NCBI RefSeq assembly: GCF_006345805.1
Contig: NC_042999.1
Location: forward strand, 31,000,001 to 31,064,000
DNA: 64,000 nt
From: Octopus sinensis
Lineage: Eukaryota
Direction: 5' to 3'
The position numbers were made by a program, and so were the translations under genes. A model generated the notes under the pieces. That model was given only the letters and a program-made list of their open reading frames with translations, did no database searches and was not told the DNA's origin. This document shows, one piece after another, positions 51,544 through 64,000 of the stretch; the stretch's first letter is position 1; the number at the start of each line of letters is the position of its first letter.

Positions 51544-51765
51544 TATATTATATAGATATATATATGTTATATATATATATATAGATATATATATATGTAT
51601 ATATATATATATAGATATATATATATATATGTATATATATGTATATATATATATGTATGTATATATATATAAATCTATATGTATATAAATATGTATATAT
51701 ATATGTATGTATATATATAAATCTATATATATATATGTATATATAATATATATATATATATGTAT

Positions 51766-52320
51766 GTCAGGTCACTTTCGAGTGCTACTGGTAATATGTA
51801 ACCCAGTACAACCTGTTACATAGTTTAGTCGTTGGCGACTAAACCGGCAACCCCACTAAGCTTGCTTGGTAAGGAGGGTGTTTATTGGACATCCTGCGAG
51901 ATGATAAACAAAACCCGTCAAAGGGCAGAGGAACTCTTGAGAGTCAACGGCCTTCAAATAAATGCCTTAAGGTTGTATCATGCGCGGGGACATAGAAACA
52001 ATCGGACTGAATACCCGATTGCGCGGTTAAACCATTGGGAGTGAAGGACTCCTAGCCTTTGTTAGGGCATCCTTCTAAGAGAAGTTAACTCAGGAAACTG
52101 GGATGACTCCGACATAAAACCTGCGGCTCAGTGGTTATCGATGATGTTGACTTGTTCTTCTTTTCGGATTATGGGTGCTGTTGCTTAGTGAGTGGGATTG
52201 ACTCAGTGCACAACCTTTCCTCACTTTAAAAATAATCTTCTTGCACAGGCATTGCATGATAAACAACATTGATTAAGCTTCGTGCAATGTCCATACTCGA
52301 TAATGAGGGGGGCAGCCACC
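51766..52320 (+). mobile_element. GC-richer, hairpin-rich ~555 bp insert in (TA)n; probable RTE-type 5' UTR fragment or non-autonomous derivative
   Basis: Sharp boundaries against TA repeats; multiple perfect stems; gcatccttctaagagaagttaactc resembles RTE 5' UTR motifs as I recall them. Confidence 0.5.
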
Positions 52321-52329
52321 ATATATATA

Positions 52330-52386
<57 letters not shown>

Positions 52387-52877
52387 CATGAATGTATGTT
52401 TATGCATGCATATATACATACATATCAGTAAACGTATGTAAACTCCTAGTAGTATCAGTTTCAGTATGCAAAAGTGATACCTACATGTTTGAATCACTAT
52501 GTTTATTCGCTATTTTACAATGCAATTCCTGACATCTATGCTTTAGATGTAACTATGATGTTCCAGTGATCTGTTCTGCAAGATTTTTTTATTTGCATTA
52601 ATTTTTGAATATACAATTGTATAATGCTGATCATATCAATGTAAACATGCAAGTATAATTTTTGCATATAAAAATCAATGCTACATGAAGAAGGTTACAA
52701 AACAGTTATAACCTCCTCACACACCTCCTGAAATTATGTTTTATTTATTCTTCACTGAAAATATAATCCTCAGATATTTTTGATTTCTAGTTACACAGAC
52801 ATATTACATCACACTACATTTGCTATTAAATATTATGTATACTGATAGCCAATTCTGAAGGATGAGATTACTGTCTA

Positions 52878-53172
52878 CATTATTTACTTTGATGGATATT
52901 TGTCCTCACTTTGTTTGTTGTTAACACAACGTTTGGCTGATGTACCCACCAGAATTCATGTGGTGTCTTGGGGAAATTTCGAACCTGGGTTCTCATTCCT
53001 AAGGTTTTTTTCTCAGTGTTATTATTATTATTATCATTATCATACTTCAGGTCACTGCCTGGAATTGAACTTGGAATCTTGGGGTTAGTAGCTCGTGCTC
53101 TTAACCCCAAGATTCCGAGTTCAATTCCAAGCAGTGACCTGAATTATAATAATGATGATAATAATAATAATG

Positions 53173-53245
<73 letters not shown>

Positions 53246-53436
53246 GGATTAAAAAATAATAATAATAATAATAATAATAATTATAATTATATTAACATTG
53301 AAAAATACCTTAGGAATGAGAACCCAGGTTCAAAATTTCTCCAAGACACCTGATGAATGCTGGAAGTTATATCAACTGAAAGGTTGTGTTAACAACAAAC
53401 AAGATGACGACAAATATCCGTTAAGTGTAAATAATG
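52878..53436. mobile_element. Head-to-head inverted dimer of a tRNA-headed, (AAT)n-containing, HHR-tailed element
   Basis: Central 42 bp arms 53046-53087/53102-53143 with B box gagttcaattcc; outer arms 52878-53030/53296-53436; CTGATGA at 53350. Confidence 0.75.
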
Positions 53437-54300
53437 TAAATAATGTATATAATTCCTCATCTCTTAAATATATAACTGAGATTACTGTGATAGTAACATT
53501 ATTCTATGAAAGCATATTTTGCCTATTTTATACTACTCTTTATCAAACTTTATCATTACCTTCATAATTTTAACATCCACTTCTCCCTGCTGGAATTGGC
53601 TGGACAGAGTTTATTGAGGCAGATTTTCTATGGCCAGATTATCTTCTTTTTGCTAACCCTCACCTGTTTGCAAGCAAGGTAATATTTCCCCTTGGTGAGA
53701 TATGTACTGTTTGTATGTCACAATTAATCATTTTCATTTATCACACATCGTCAAGACAAGGAGACACAAACACACACATTGTCTGCTTTCAGTTTCTGTT
53801 TATTAAATCCACTTACAAGGATTTAGTCACCCTGGAGCTATAACAGAGGAAACTTGCCCAAGGTGCCAAACAATAGGACTGAACCTGGAATCATGTGTTT
53901 GGGAAGCAAACTTTGTATCACACCACAGTTTGACTTAGCTTCCTATGACTTAAATTTTAAAAATACATCCAACTCATATCAAATGTATCGTATACTACTT
54001 TCATTAGTTTGTTCATTCTCCCTGACATACATACACTTGCAAATACTCCACCATTATTACCTACTGTGATTTAAATCCCTACCATATCTATAACACATAT
54101 CTTGCACCTGTGTCTCATGACATTTTCACTGGCTGTGTTGTTAAATCTCTTACCTTGTTTTATTATTTCTTTTCGATTTTCCTTACCAAACACTTTGCAA
54201 GAGGTTTCCCAGAATATTCAAAGCATTAAGTGACTTCACATTCCATATCACCCCTCCGTTTCATTTTGGCGTTGTTTTAGTAGGGCCTAATGAAACACTA

Positions 54301-54592
54301 GGCGGAGGCGCAATGGCCCAGTGGTTAGGGCAGCGGACTTGCGGTCGGAGGATCGCGGTTTTGATTTCCAGACCGGGCGTTGTGTGTGATTTATTGAGCG
54401 GATACACCTAAAGCTCCACGAGACTGGTGACCCCTGTTGTACTCTTTCGCCCCAACTTTCTCTCACACTCTCTTCCTGTTTCCTGAGTAATGCTGTGATG
54501 GACTGGCATCCCGCCCAGCTGGGGGAAACACATACGCCACAGAAACCAGGAAACCGGGCCCATGAGCCTGGTTAGGCTTGAAAAGGGCGAAA
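54301..54592 (+). mobile_element. tRNA-derived SINE, head S3 with tail T1
   Basis: ggaggcgcaatggcccagtggttagggcagcggact head, gaaaccgggcccatgagcctgg tail. Confidence 0.9.
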
Positions 54593-54619
54593 AAAATAAA
54601 AGAAAAAGAATGAAACACT

Positions 54620-55255
54620 ATGGAGATGTGTGGCTTAGTGATTAGGGTGCTGGATTTATGATTGTAAGATTATAGTTTCAATTCCTTGAGTGGCGACTCA
54701 TTATGTTCTTGAGCAAAACACATTTATCTTTTATTGGAATATAACATGTATGTATATGATACATATACAATACAAAGCCACATTAAATGCAAAATCAAAA
54801 CTGAAGAAAACACAGAGATAAGCAAAGAACGATAGAGAAAAAGCATAAAAAATCAAGGAAAAGTAGGAAGAAAGAAAAACATAGAAAAAATGAAAAACAT
54901 CAATTAAAAAAGGTTCAACAGAACATACTGAAGCAAGCCAACATGCGCACAGTATCACAACAGGTGATAGTGAGGCTAGTTTTTTTGAACAGCCAAGCAC
55001 CCTCACAGGCATTGTTTGACACCTCAGTAAGGCTAGTCCCCAATGATGACAAAAAATTCACTGTTAGCAGCCCCTCCAAACGTCTGAAACACCACAGGCT
55101 GGGAAGAATGGTTCACTGCACATTGCTGCAGTCCACTCAGCTAACAAAAATGAGTAATTCTGTGATAGACCAGCATCTCATCTAAGGGGTTAATACATAT
55201 GTCATTGAAACTGTAAGCCAGCCTTATGAGACTGTATGACTTGGGAGGGCATCTC
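54620..55255 (+). mobile_element. SINE S4 split by a 394 bp nested insertion (54725-55118)
   Basis: S4 stops at gagcaaaacacatt and resumes at cacattgctgcagtccactcagc; cacatt duplicated at both junctions. Confidence 0.65.
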
Positions 55256-55884
55256 TGTCCTATTTTAAAAATCAAACACTGAGTTGATTATGACATTTCT
55301 CTTTCCTCCATGTTGACTTCAAACCATTTCACAAATTCTTCTAGTGGCTACATCACCACAATTGGCATTGTAAAATATTCACCAGTTTTTCTTTCCATAA
55401 TCTTTGGCAATACTTCCACTGGAAATATATATCAGTACACTGGATATTATAAAAGATTTGTACTTGATTTTTATCTCCTTTTATCAAGCGTCAGCTTTTG
55501 TTGTAGACAACCTCCTTCCTGACTGAGAAATGCCCGAACACAGGCAAAGATTATATAAATTTAAAGTGTTTGAAACAACAGGTTATATACTGCCAGTAGT
55601 CTCACAGAGCTTAGTGTTCACATGTATTGTGTGTGAAGGTGAAGCCCAAAGTAAACAAATATGTTATGACATAACATCCCAGAATTAATGAGAATTTGAT
55701 AATCTTTACCCCAACTGCAAAATTGTTGGTTTTTGAAGAATGTTATTTTTATGGTCTGTTTGATCTATAAATTGTTTGAGTGTTTTCGTAAAATAAGGAA
55801 AGCTGTATTGTAGTAACACATTAGATTATTTTAAGAGAACATGATTAAATTTCGATTTAGCTGCGACAACAAACATTTTTGTCC

Positions 55885-56069
55885 CCATGATAGATCGTTA
55901 GCCACTATACACATTTTTTTCTCTCCTTGTTTGTTTTGTGTCCTTTTCTGTAGAAGAGCGTAGGCTCGAAACGTAAAAGACTTTTTCTATTCCTGAGCGC
56001 TATACTAATACATCTGTTTGTTTTGTACACCATATATATATATACATATGTATATATATATATATATAT

Positions 56070-56113
<44 letters not shown>

Positions 56114-56296
56114 TTTATGAAAAAATCAAAAGACAGGTGGTGTAAAAAAACAAACAGATGTATTAGTATAGCGCTGAGGAATAGAAAAAGTATTTTGCGT
56201 TTCGAGCCTACGCTCTTCTACAGAAAAGGACACAGAAGAAACAAGGAGAGAAACAAGGAGAGAAAAATGTGTATAGTGGCTAACGATCTATCATGG
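55885..56296. mobile_element. Inverted pair of family B copies separated by (TA)n(GA)n
   Basis: ccatgatagatcgttagccactatacac.../...gtgtatagtggctaacgatctatcatgg. Confidence 0.85.
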
Positions 56297-56305
56297 TGAC
56301 TGATA

Positions 56306-56370
<65 letters not shown>

Positions 56371-57027
56371 ATATATACACACTTTTCTAGCTACATACAG
56401 TTTTAAATATGTATTTCTACAAGGCACCTCACTCACATAGTACACTGGGTGATAAACAAAGATTTTGGCAAATCAACAGCAATAACACAAACGGAGATTT
56501 TTTCAGCTTTTTTATGTTTTTGCCTGAGAAAGCCTCTCAAGTCTTGGTTCCATGATAAAATGATAAAGTTCCTTATATTATTATTTACAGACTATATTAT
56601 CTGTGATACACTCTGTAAAGTAGATGGCATTAGGAGGGATATCCAGCCATGGAAAGACTGCTAAAAATGGTATGTTTGAGTAATACAAGTTCCCCGTGCG
56701 GTCTTGGCAGCTAGGACTCGATTCATGAAAATATATTTAACCCATGCCTACATGGGGAAGCAGATATAAAAGGATGATGATAATGATACCATGTGTATAT
56801 GTGTATGTATGAGTGTGTGTGCATGTGTGTATTTGATAATGAAAACTTATAACTCCCACAAGATAAAATATATATCTTAAGAATTTAATTTCAGGAAATA
56901 TTTCAGTTTTCCATTATGTATAATATTTTTCACAAATAATCAATAATATTCATTTGTAAAATATTTGTTTATTGTTATTTATTAGGAATTATTGCATTCT
57001 ATTTAATTTCCTATTGTACTTAATTAA

Positions 57028-57085
57028 AGTAGGTGCAAAAACTATAGCTGATTTTGAAAATTTTATACCAAACTAATTATATAAT
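57028..57085. mobile_element. Possible tiny mariner-like (MADE-type) remnant
   Basis: taggtgcaaaaactatagc and ttttataccaaactaat loosely match mariner TIR ttggtgcaaaagtaattgc / ttttgcaccaacctaat. Confidence 0.25.
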
Positions 57086-57710
57086 AGTAGATAGAGGATT
57101 GTCAATAAAGTAGATGAATAACTGGTTCAATAGAGCGTTGTTTTATATTGTGATAGCATTATACAATATATGGCCTTGGAAAGTTTCTGGTATACACCTG
57201 CATCACAAGTATTACCATTCTGTCATACTGCATCATGCTACATACAAATTACAGAATAAACATAAATGAATATAATGCAGTATATGTGTATAATTTCTCC
57301 TTCTTTCTTCCCTTTTCTTTTTCACCCTTACTCTCTCCAACTGCTTCGCTTTATTTCACTCTCTCACACTGTCACAAACACACATCACATGTACCACATT
57401 CATAAACATCCATGTTTACATGTAACATATGTATCGTAAATAGGAAATGTAATATATTTGTGTGTGTGTAAATATGTGTGTGTGAGTATATAAATATATA
57501 TATGTATAAATAATTATATATACACAAACACACATGCACACAAACATGTAATAGATGAATATATACATCTATATATAAATATATATATATATGTATACAT
57601 GCATATATATATACATATATACATATATATATATATATACATGTATATATACATATATATATTTTATATATATATATGCACGTATATATGCTCATATATA
57701 TATATATATG

Positions 57711-57773
<63 letters not shown>

Positions 57774-58001
57774 ATCAAAATAAGCAACAAGAATAACTTC
57801 GGTAATTTGGTACGATCGTTTCAAACTACATAATTCTATTAAATGTTGTAAGTATTACAACAGTTTTAAAATGCTGAGCACTCACCTATTTTGATTATAC
57901 TCACCCCATGATTTATATGAATAACACCACACAAAATTCTGGTGCATCTAACTTAAGTACCATATTCATTTGAATCTAAATTTTGCTGAACTTATATGTA
58001 T

Positions 58002-58033
<32 letters not shown>

Positions 58034-58739
58034 GCATACAAATGTACTTGGCTTTTCACTCCTGGACTCAGATCAAGTCCTTTATGAAACAAGTACAATC
58101 CTGAAGTACTACATAATTTTTTATGGAAACCTTCATTTGTTTGTAAAAGTAGTCAGAATAAAACGCTAAAACTCCTTTGGATAGAGATCTACATTACCTT
58201 GCATCAACGCCTCAGTGGCTGTTACTCTGATTGTTTTTGTATGATTACTAGGACATTCTCAAAACTGGAATGGAATATATCATTCTCATTTCCAAATGAT
58301 ATTCTGACAGGTGATGAGTTTTTACTTAAGTTGTTTTAATTTCTTTCATGCATTAGAGTTTTAAAACTTAATGGTTAAATTTGAAAACGAAAAAAATTAA
58401 AACATTACTGAATATATTTCCTTTCATTAAATACATAATATACTTATTTATCAAAATATATGGGAACACATCATCAAGAAAAGTATCTATGAGACTGAGC
58501 AAGAAACAGAAAAAACATTGCAGTATATATATATCAAAACAAAATACGTGGTTTGATACAAGTCATATTCTGTTTATGGCACTTGAAGAAATGCAGCCCA
58601 AATCTTTATCAGTCATAAAGATAAATAAAAGACAATTTGCATCTTCCAGATTAGGCATAGAGTCAGGCAAAAGAAAATAGTTACATGGCATAAACACATG
58701 GTGAAAGTTTGTAAACTTGAAATTTCTCAAAACTATATC

Positions 58740-58795
58740 TTTTAGTGTATATGCATTGGAGTGGTATTTTTATCCAGGCAGGCCTCATTTAATAT

Positions 58796-58826
<31 letters not shown>

Positions 58827-59209
58827 GATTGATAGATACATATATACATATATATATATATACATACATATATAATACATATATATTTATGCATACATAT
58901 GTACATATATATATACATATATGTATATAACATATATAAATACATATACACACATATATATAGATATATATACATATATATACATACATATATACATATA
59001 TGTATACATACATATAGATGCATGTATATCTATACATATAGATGCATGTATATCTATACATATATATATGTATAAATATATTTATATATATACATATATA
59101 TATATTTATATATATAATATATATTCGTCTATATATATGAATATATATATGTATATATATGTATATGCATGTATATATATGTATACTAGTATATATATGT
59201 GTGTATATA

Positions 59210-59255
<46 letters not shown>

Positions 59256-59430
59256 GAGAGAGAGAGATACATATACATAGACATGGATACATATATGCAA
59301 ATACGTTTATCCAAATATATATATAATAATACATATATATATATACATCCACACACACACACGCACATACACATACACAAACACAAACACACACACACAC
59401 ACACACATACACACACACACACACATATAT
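58740..59430. repeat. Compound (TA)n/(TATG)n/(CA)n microsatellite; similar large arrays at 760-1165, 1735-1925, 17670-17870, 18320-18580, 21690-21905, 34270-34770, 50846-51095, 51300-51765, 57555-57775, 61290-61870
   Basis: Directly visible dinucleotide repeats. Confidence 0.95.
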
Positions 59431-59747
59431 ATGTTCATGATCATGACCCTATTTTAGCGTTAAAAAAGTAAAGCCTTGCTGGAGCACCATGAATTTTTTC
59501 TCTGTAAAACTTTGTGTATAAATGCAAATGTGTTTATTAGCCCACCATATGACAGAAAATAGACAATGATCGTTAATGTATTTTATATTGGAAAGAAATA
59601 TATATGTCAGCCTAGACAAGAAAAAATTGCAATTACTGGTGTTCTGTGTTCTGCACACCTATGTTAATAACATTTTATATCAATATGCATTCCTCAAGAA
59701 CTAACACTAATGTTTGTGATTGTATGTGTGCAAACACACTCATATTC

Positions 59748-59807
<60 letters not shown>

Positions 59808-60146
59808 TTGATGTGCATGTGACATTGTTTCAGGATGTGTATCGATAAATAATAGGATGTAAGTATCAATTTACACTCCCTCTCCCTGGTACCACACACA
59901 CACACACACATATATATATATAAACACACATACACATGTATGATTATATATATATATATATATAGATATATAGATATATAAAGATAGATAGATAGACAAA
60001 TAATGGAGATGTGATTAAGAATATATATTTATATATATATACTCATACATTTATATATATGTTTGTGTGTGTATGTGTATGCATAAATATTATACATACA
60101 TACACGCGTATGTGTATGTGTGTGCATGCATGTAACTATCTTCATC

Positions 60147-60189
<43 letters not shown>

Positions 60190-60193
60190 ATCT

Positions 60194-60247
<54 letters not shown>

Positions 60248-61306
60248 ATATATATAATATATATATATAATATAATATATATATCTGTAAGTATGATATG
60301 TAGCAATTATTCAGTAGCCATGATAAAACTCCGAGTTCCGAATGTCGAGGCAACCATCTTTTCAATTATCAGGCCATCCCCAAAAATTCAATGAAAATGA
60401 CAGTTAAAACAAAAGGAAAATTCTCCCTTTGGTTTAACGGTAATTTTCTAAATATTTTTTTCGATGGCGCTATAAATGATAAGATGCTCGCATGGGTTTC
60501 TGACCTGACATCTGAAAGTCAGAGTTTCATCATGCTACCACACATATTATACTTACAGATAAATTCTTCTATCTACATAATATCGAGGTCTCTTTCATAC
60601 TAATTCTGTGTTGCCATTTCTATCAATATATATATATATATATATATGAATATATACATACATTTCTATCAATATATATATATATATATGAATATATACA
60701 TACATATGCATATATATATATATACATATACATGTCTATATTTATATGCATATGTGTATATATATGTATATATATAATGTATGTATACACACATAATATA
60801 TGCATATAGACATGTACTTCCATATATGTTTGCTATAATATCAATTTATAAGGAAAAGAATCTTGCATTAAACTGAAGCATTATTCAATACATTTTGTAA
60901 GAAGGTTACGGAGGTCAGAACTTCGAAATCCCTGTCAATACTTTTCTGAAAGAATAGTAAATGTAACCACATTATGCCATTTACAAACATGCAACACATT
61001 GTAAGATTGTAAGATGCATAAGTATTTCAATAATGAAAACTATAGTTACCAAGTAAGGTTCATGCATACTTATCAAGACCAAGAGAACTGACATAAAAAA
61101 ATCTTCAACAACAGAAGAAGAACGTTCTCATGATATTATGTGAGTTAGTGTTTTCGGAATTTTACCTTCATTTCTACATGTAACTTTGCATGTGCATTGT
61201 ATTTTAATTTATTTTTATGACATATAAAATCATCATTTGTATTCATTCTTACACAAACACTAACAACATTTACACCCATGAATTTTTCCATACATACATA
61301 TATATG

Positions 61307-61339
<33 letters not shown>

Positions 61340-61486
61340 GCGTATATATATATTATGCGTATATATATATGCGTATATATATATATATAATATATATAAT
61401 ATATATCGTATATATATATAACATACAATATAATATATGTACATACAAATACATATATATATTCATATATATATAATTATATATAA

Positions 61487-61523
<37 letters not shown>

Positions 61524-61731
61524 AAATATATTTATATATATATAATATATTATATATATATATATATATATATAAATATTTTATATATACATATATATAT
61601 ATATATGAATATATATATATATTATATATATAAATATATTTATATATACATATATATATATGAATATATTATTATATATATATATATAATATATAGTATA
61701 TAATATATATACTATATATATATATAAATTA

Positions 61732-61766
<35 letters not shown>

Positions 61767-62630
61767 TATTTATATATATATATATTATATATATATTATA
61801 TATATATATATAAATATATTTATATATATATATATATATAATATATATAATAATATATATATATATATATTACACTTACAGAATACGTTGTTTGTACATG
61901 TAACAATTACTATACATTTATCAACTACACACATGCATAGATTAAGCATGTAGAGTTGTCTCCATGTGTATAAGAATATATAAATATATATACATATATA
62001 TACATATATATATATGTATATAAATATATATATGCGTATATATATATGCTTGTTTGTGTGTGTTTACTTGAATATGTATGTAGGTGTACACACATACATA
62101 CATGCACATGAGATATGTAGTACATAATGATAGAAGATGCAAAAACACAGAATATATTGTCTTATCATTCACCTATAAATGTTACAAAGACAGCTCATGT
62201 GTGTGTGTATGTGTTTGAGTGTGCATGAATGTGTGTACATATATATTTATATATATATGTGTGTGTAATGAATGAATTTTAATATATATTCCCATATGTA
62301 TCTAAAACTTGGGCACATGTGTGGGTTTCACTTCTCGTACATATGAAGCAAATGTATATTCATGTATTGATAATAATACAAGCAGAAGTTTTCCCATTAG
62401 TATATGTAAATATGTAGGAGGAATGTAAAAATACACTCTCATATATATATATGTGTATATATATATATGTGTGTGAATGTATGTGTATATATATATATGT
62501 GTGTGTGAATGTATGTGTATCTATGTGTTCAGTGTTATCTGTCAGGAAGTAGATTATTCAAAATCATAGTCAAGGTTATTAATATATTTTGAGCGAGTCA
62601 CTTTCTTGCTACTTTTAATTTTGCCTGTAG

Positions 62631-62708
62631 GTTCACAGGATCTTGAAACAAGTGATAAGTTATGATCCTGTAGAGCTGCAGCTGAAATTCAATGTAGCAG
62701 GATACTAA
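62631..62708 (+). CDS. Candidate terminal exon VHRILKQVISYDPVELQLKFNVAGY*
   Basis: Strong acceptor tttaattttgcctgtag followed by 25 open codons in phase 0. Confidence 0.25.
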   Translation, partial: VHRILKQVISYDPVELQLKFNVAGY

Positions 62709-62816
62709 CTTAAAAAAATGATATATGTGTGTGTGTGTTTATATACACAAATGTAGAATTGAACACTCATTTTCATCATTCGACAGTTATATATATATAT
62801 TATATATATATTATAG

Positions 62817-62857
<41 letters not shown>

Positions 62858-63356
62858 TGTGTGTAAAATACTTTCTCCATGCATTAAATCCATGTGTATA
62901 GATGCTGAATAAATGAATACACAAACTCATATATGTGTGTATATGTTTCTGTGGATGCACATGCTAAAATGTATTTTCAGCTTTATTTTAACATCATAAA
63001 GTTTATTTCAATTTATTAATGGATTCTTATGTATGCCTGCTATTAACATTATTAAAATAATAATAACAATTTTCTTAATAACAATAATAGTCACTATATG
63101 TCTTGTATATTTCTTGAAATCTACTGAGATATACGCTGTTTCTCACTCTCACATACACATGCATGCATACACCCGAGAACACACGAACACACATGTAATT
63201 TTATATATACCTATATATGCATAGATATTTTATGCATATATATATATATATATATATATAACTACACACATACATGCTTCCATATGCATTTGCATTTACA
63301 TAGATATATATATATATACATGCAGTTCTATGTATATATGTATGTGTATATATGTG

Positions 63357-63400
<44 letters not shown>

Positions 63401-64000
63401 CGTATATACATACATATTTATATATACATATATATATATATATATATAATTATGTCAGCTATATCTGGAAACAAATATATATTTTTCATATTAAACTTGA
63501 ATTCAACCAATAAAACAAAGATAAATGTAAATATTCAACAAAGTATGTGAAGCAAGCATTTACAAAAACAAAGAAAGAAAATAAATAATAAAAAAAATAA
63601 AATAAAGAGTTAAAACACAATTTATATAACATTTTCATGTTTTTGGTAGTTTTCAATTATTTTTTTTTGTTTGTTTTTGAAAGATATCCTTGTATTGGGA
63701 AAAGGGTGGGAGTATCAGAATATATCTGGAGTATTTGTCTTCCAGCCTCATATGTTGTTTTTTGTTTCTTTATATATATTTATTTTGTATATATATTATA
63801 TATATATATATGTTTTCCATTTAAAAGATGGATTTTTTTAAAAATTTATATTATTTATATTTTTCGGTTTGTTGTTATTTTTTCTTCATTTTCAACTATT
63901 ATTTTATTTTCTTTTGTTTACGGTTATTTCTGTATGTTTTTATTTAATTATTCATTTAATTATAACATTTAATGTTGATGACCTGTAACTGATTTAAGAA

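Noticed and set aside
57790-57830. Minus-strand GAAACGATCGTA palindromic stem III half
   Set aside because: The 5' half of the core is missing
60310-60545. Imperfect inverted repeat with ATGATGA/CATGATA hammerhead-like remnants
   Set aside because: Too degenerate to assign structure by eye
755-63972. Numerous ORF-track entries rich in YI, CV, HT, LS or N repeats
   Set aside because: They are translations of (TA)n, (TG)n, (CA)n, (CT)n and (AAT)n microsatellites, which lack stops in some frames
1-64000. tRNA genes, rRNA, CRISPR arrays, prokaryotic operons
   Set aside because: tRNA-like segments are SINE heads without complete cloverleaves; no regular repeat-spacer array or gene-dense region is present

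Overview
Very AT-rich animal genomic DNA dominated by microsatellites ((TA)n, (CA)n, (TATG)n, (AAT)n, (GAT)n, (GA)n) and interspersed repeats. The repeat families resemble those I recall from octopod cephalopods (inference from recognition, not a database search): several tRNA-headed SINEs, RTE-clade LINE fragments and (GAT)n-tailed RTE 3' ends, a CR1 3' end, an R4/Dong-like 3' end, a Penelope GIY-YIG remnant and MITEs. No long intact ORF is present; most ORF-track entries are microsatellite translations. One convincing + strand coding exon (12635-12757) and several weaker ones suggest the window lies inside a large multi-exon gene that I cannot name; the most phase-consistent exon chain carries two in-frame TGA codons. 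The most notable signal is a set of at least five unrelated short repeat families carrying minimal type I hammerhead-ribozyme (HHR) motifs. They include one essentially canonical copy (32449-32496), a G3-C8 swapped-core variant (51108-51157) and a tRNA-headed version (52878-53436). Several occur as fold-back inverted dimers inserted in TA/TAA microsatellites, as expected for Penelope-dependent non-autonomous retroelements.
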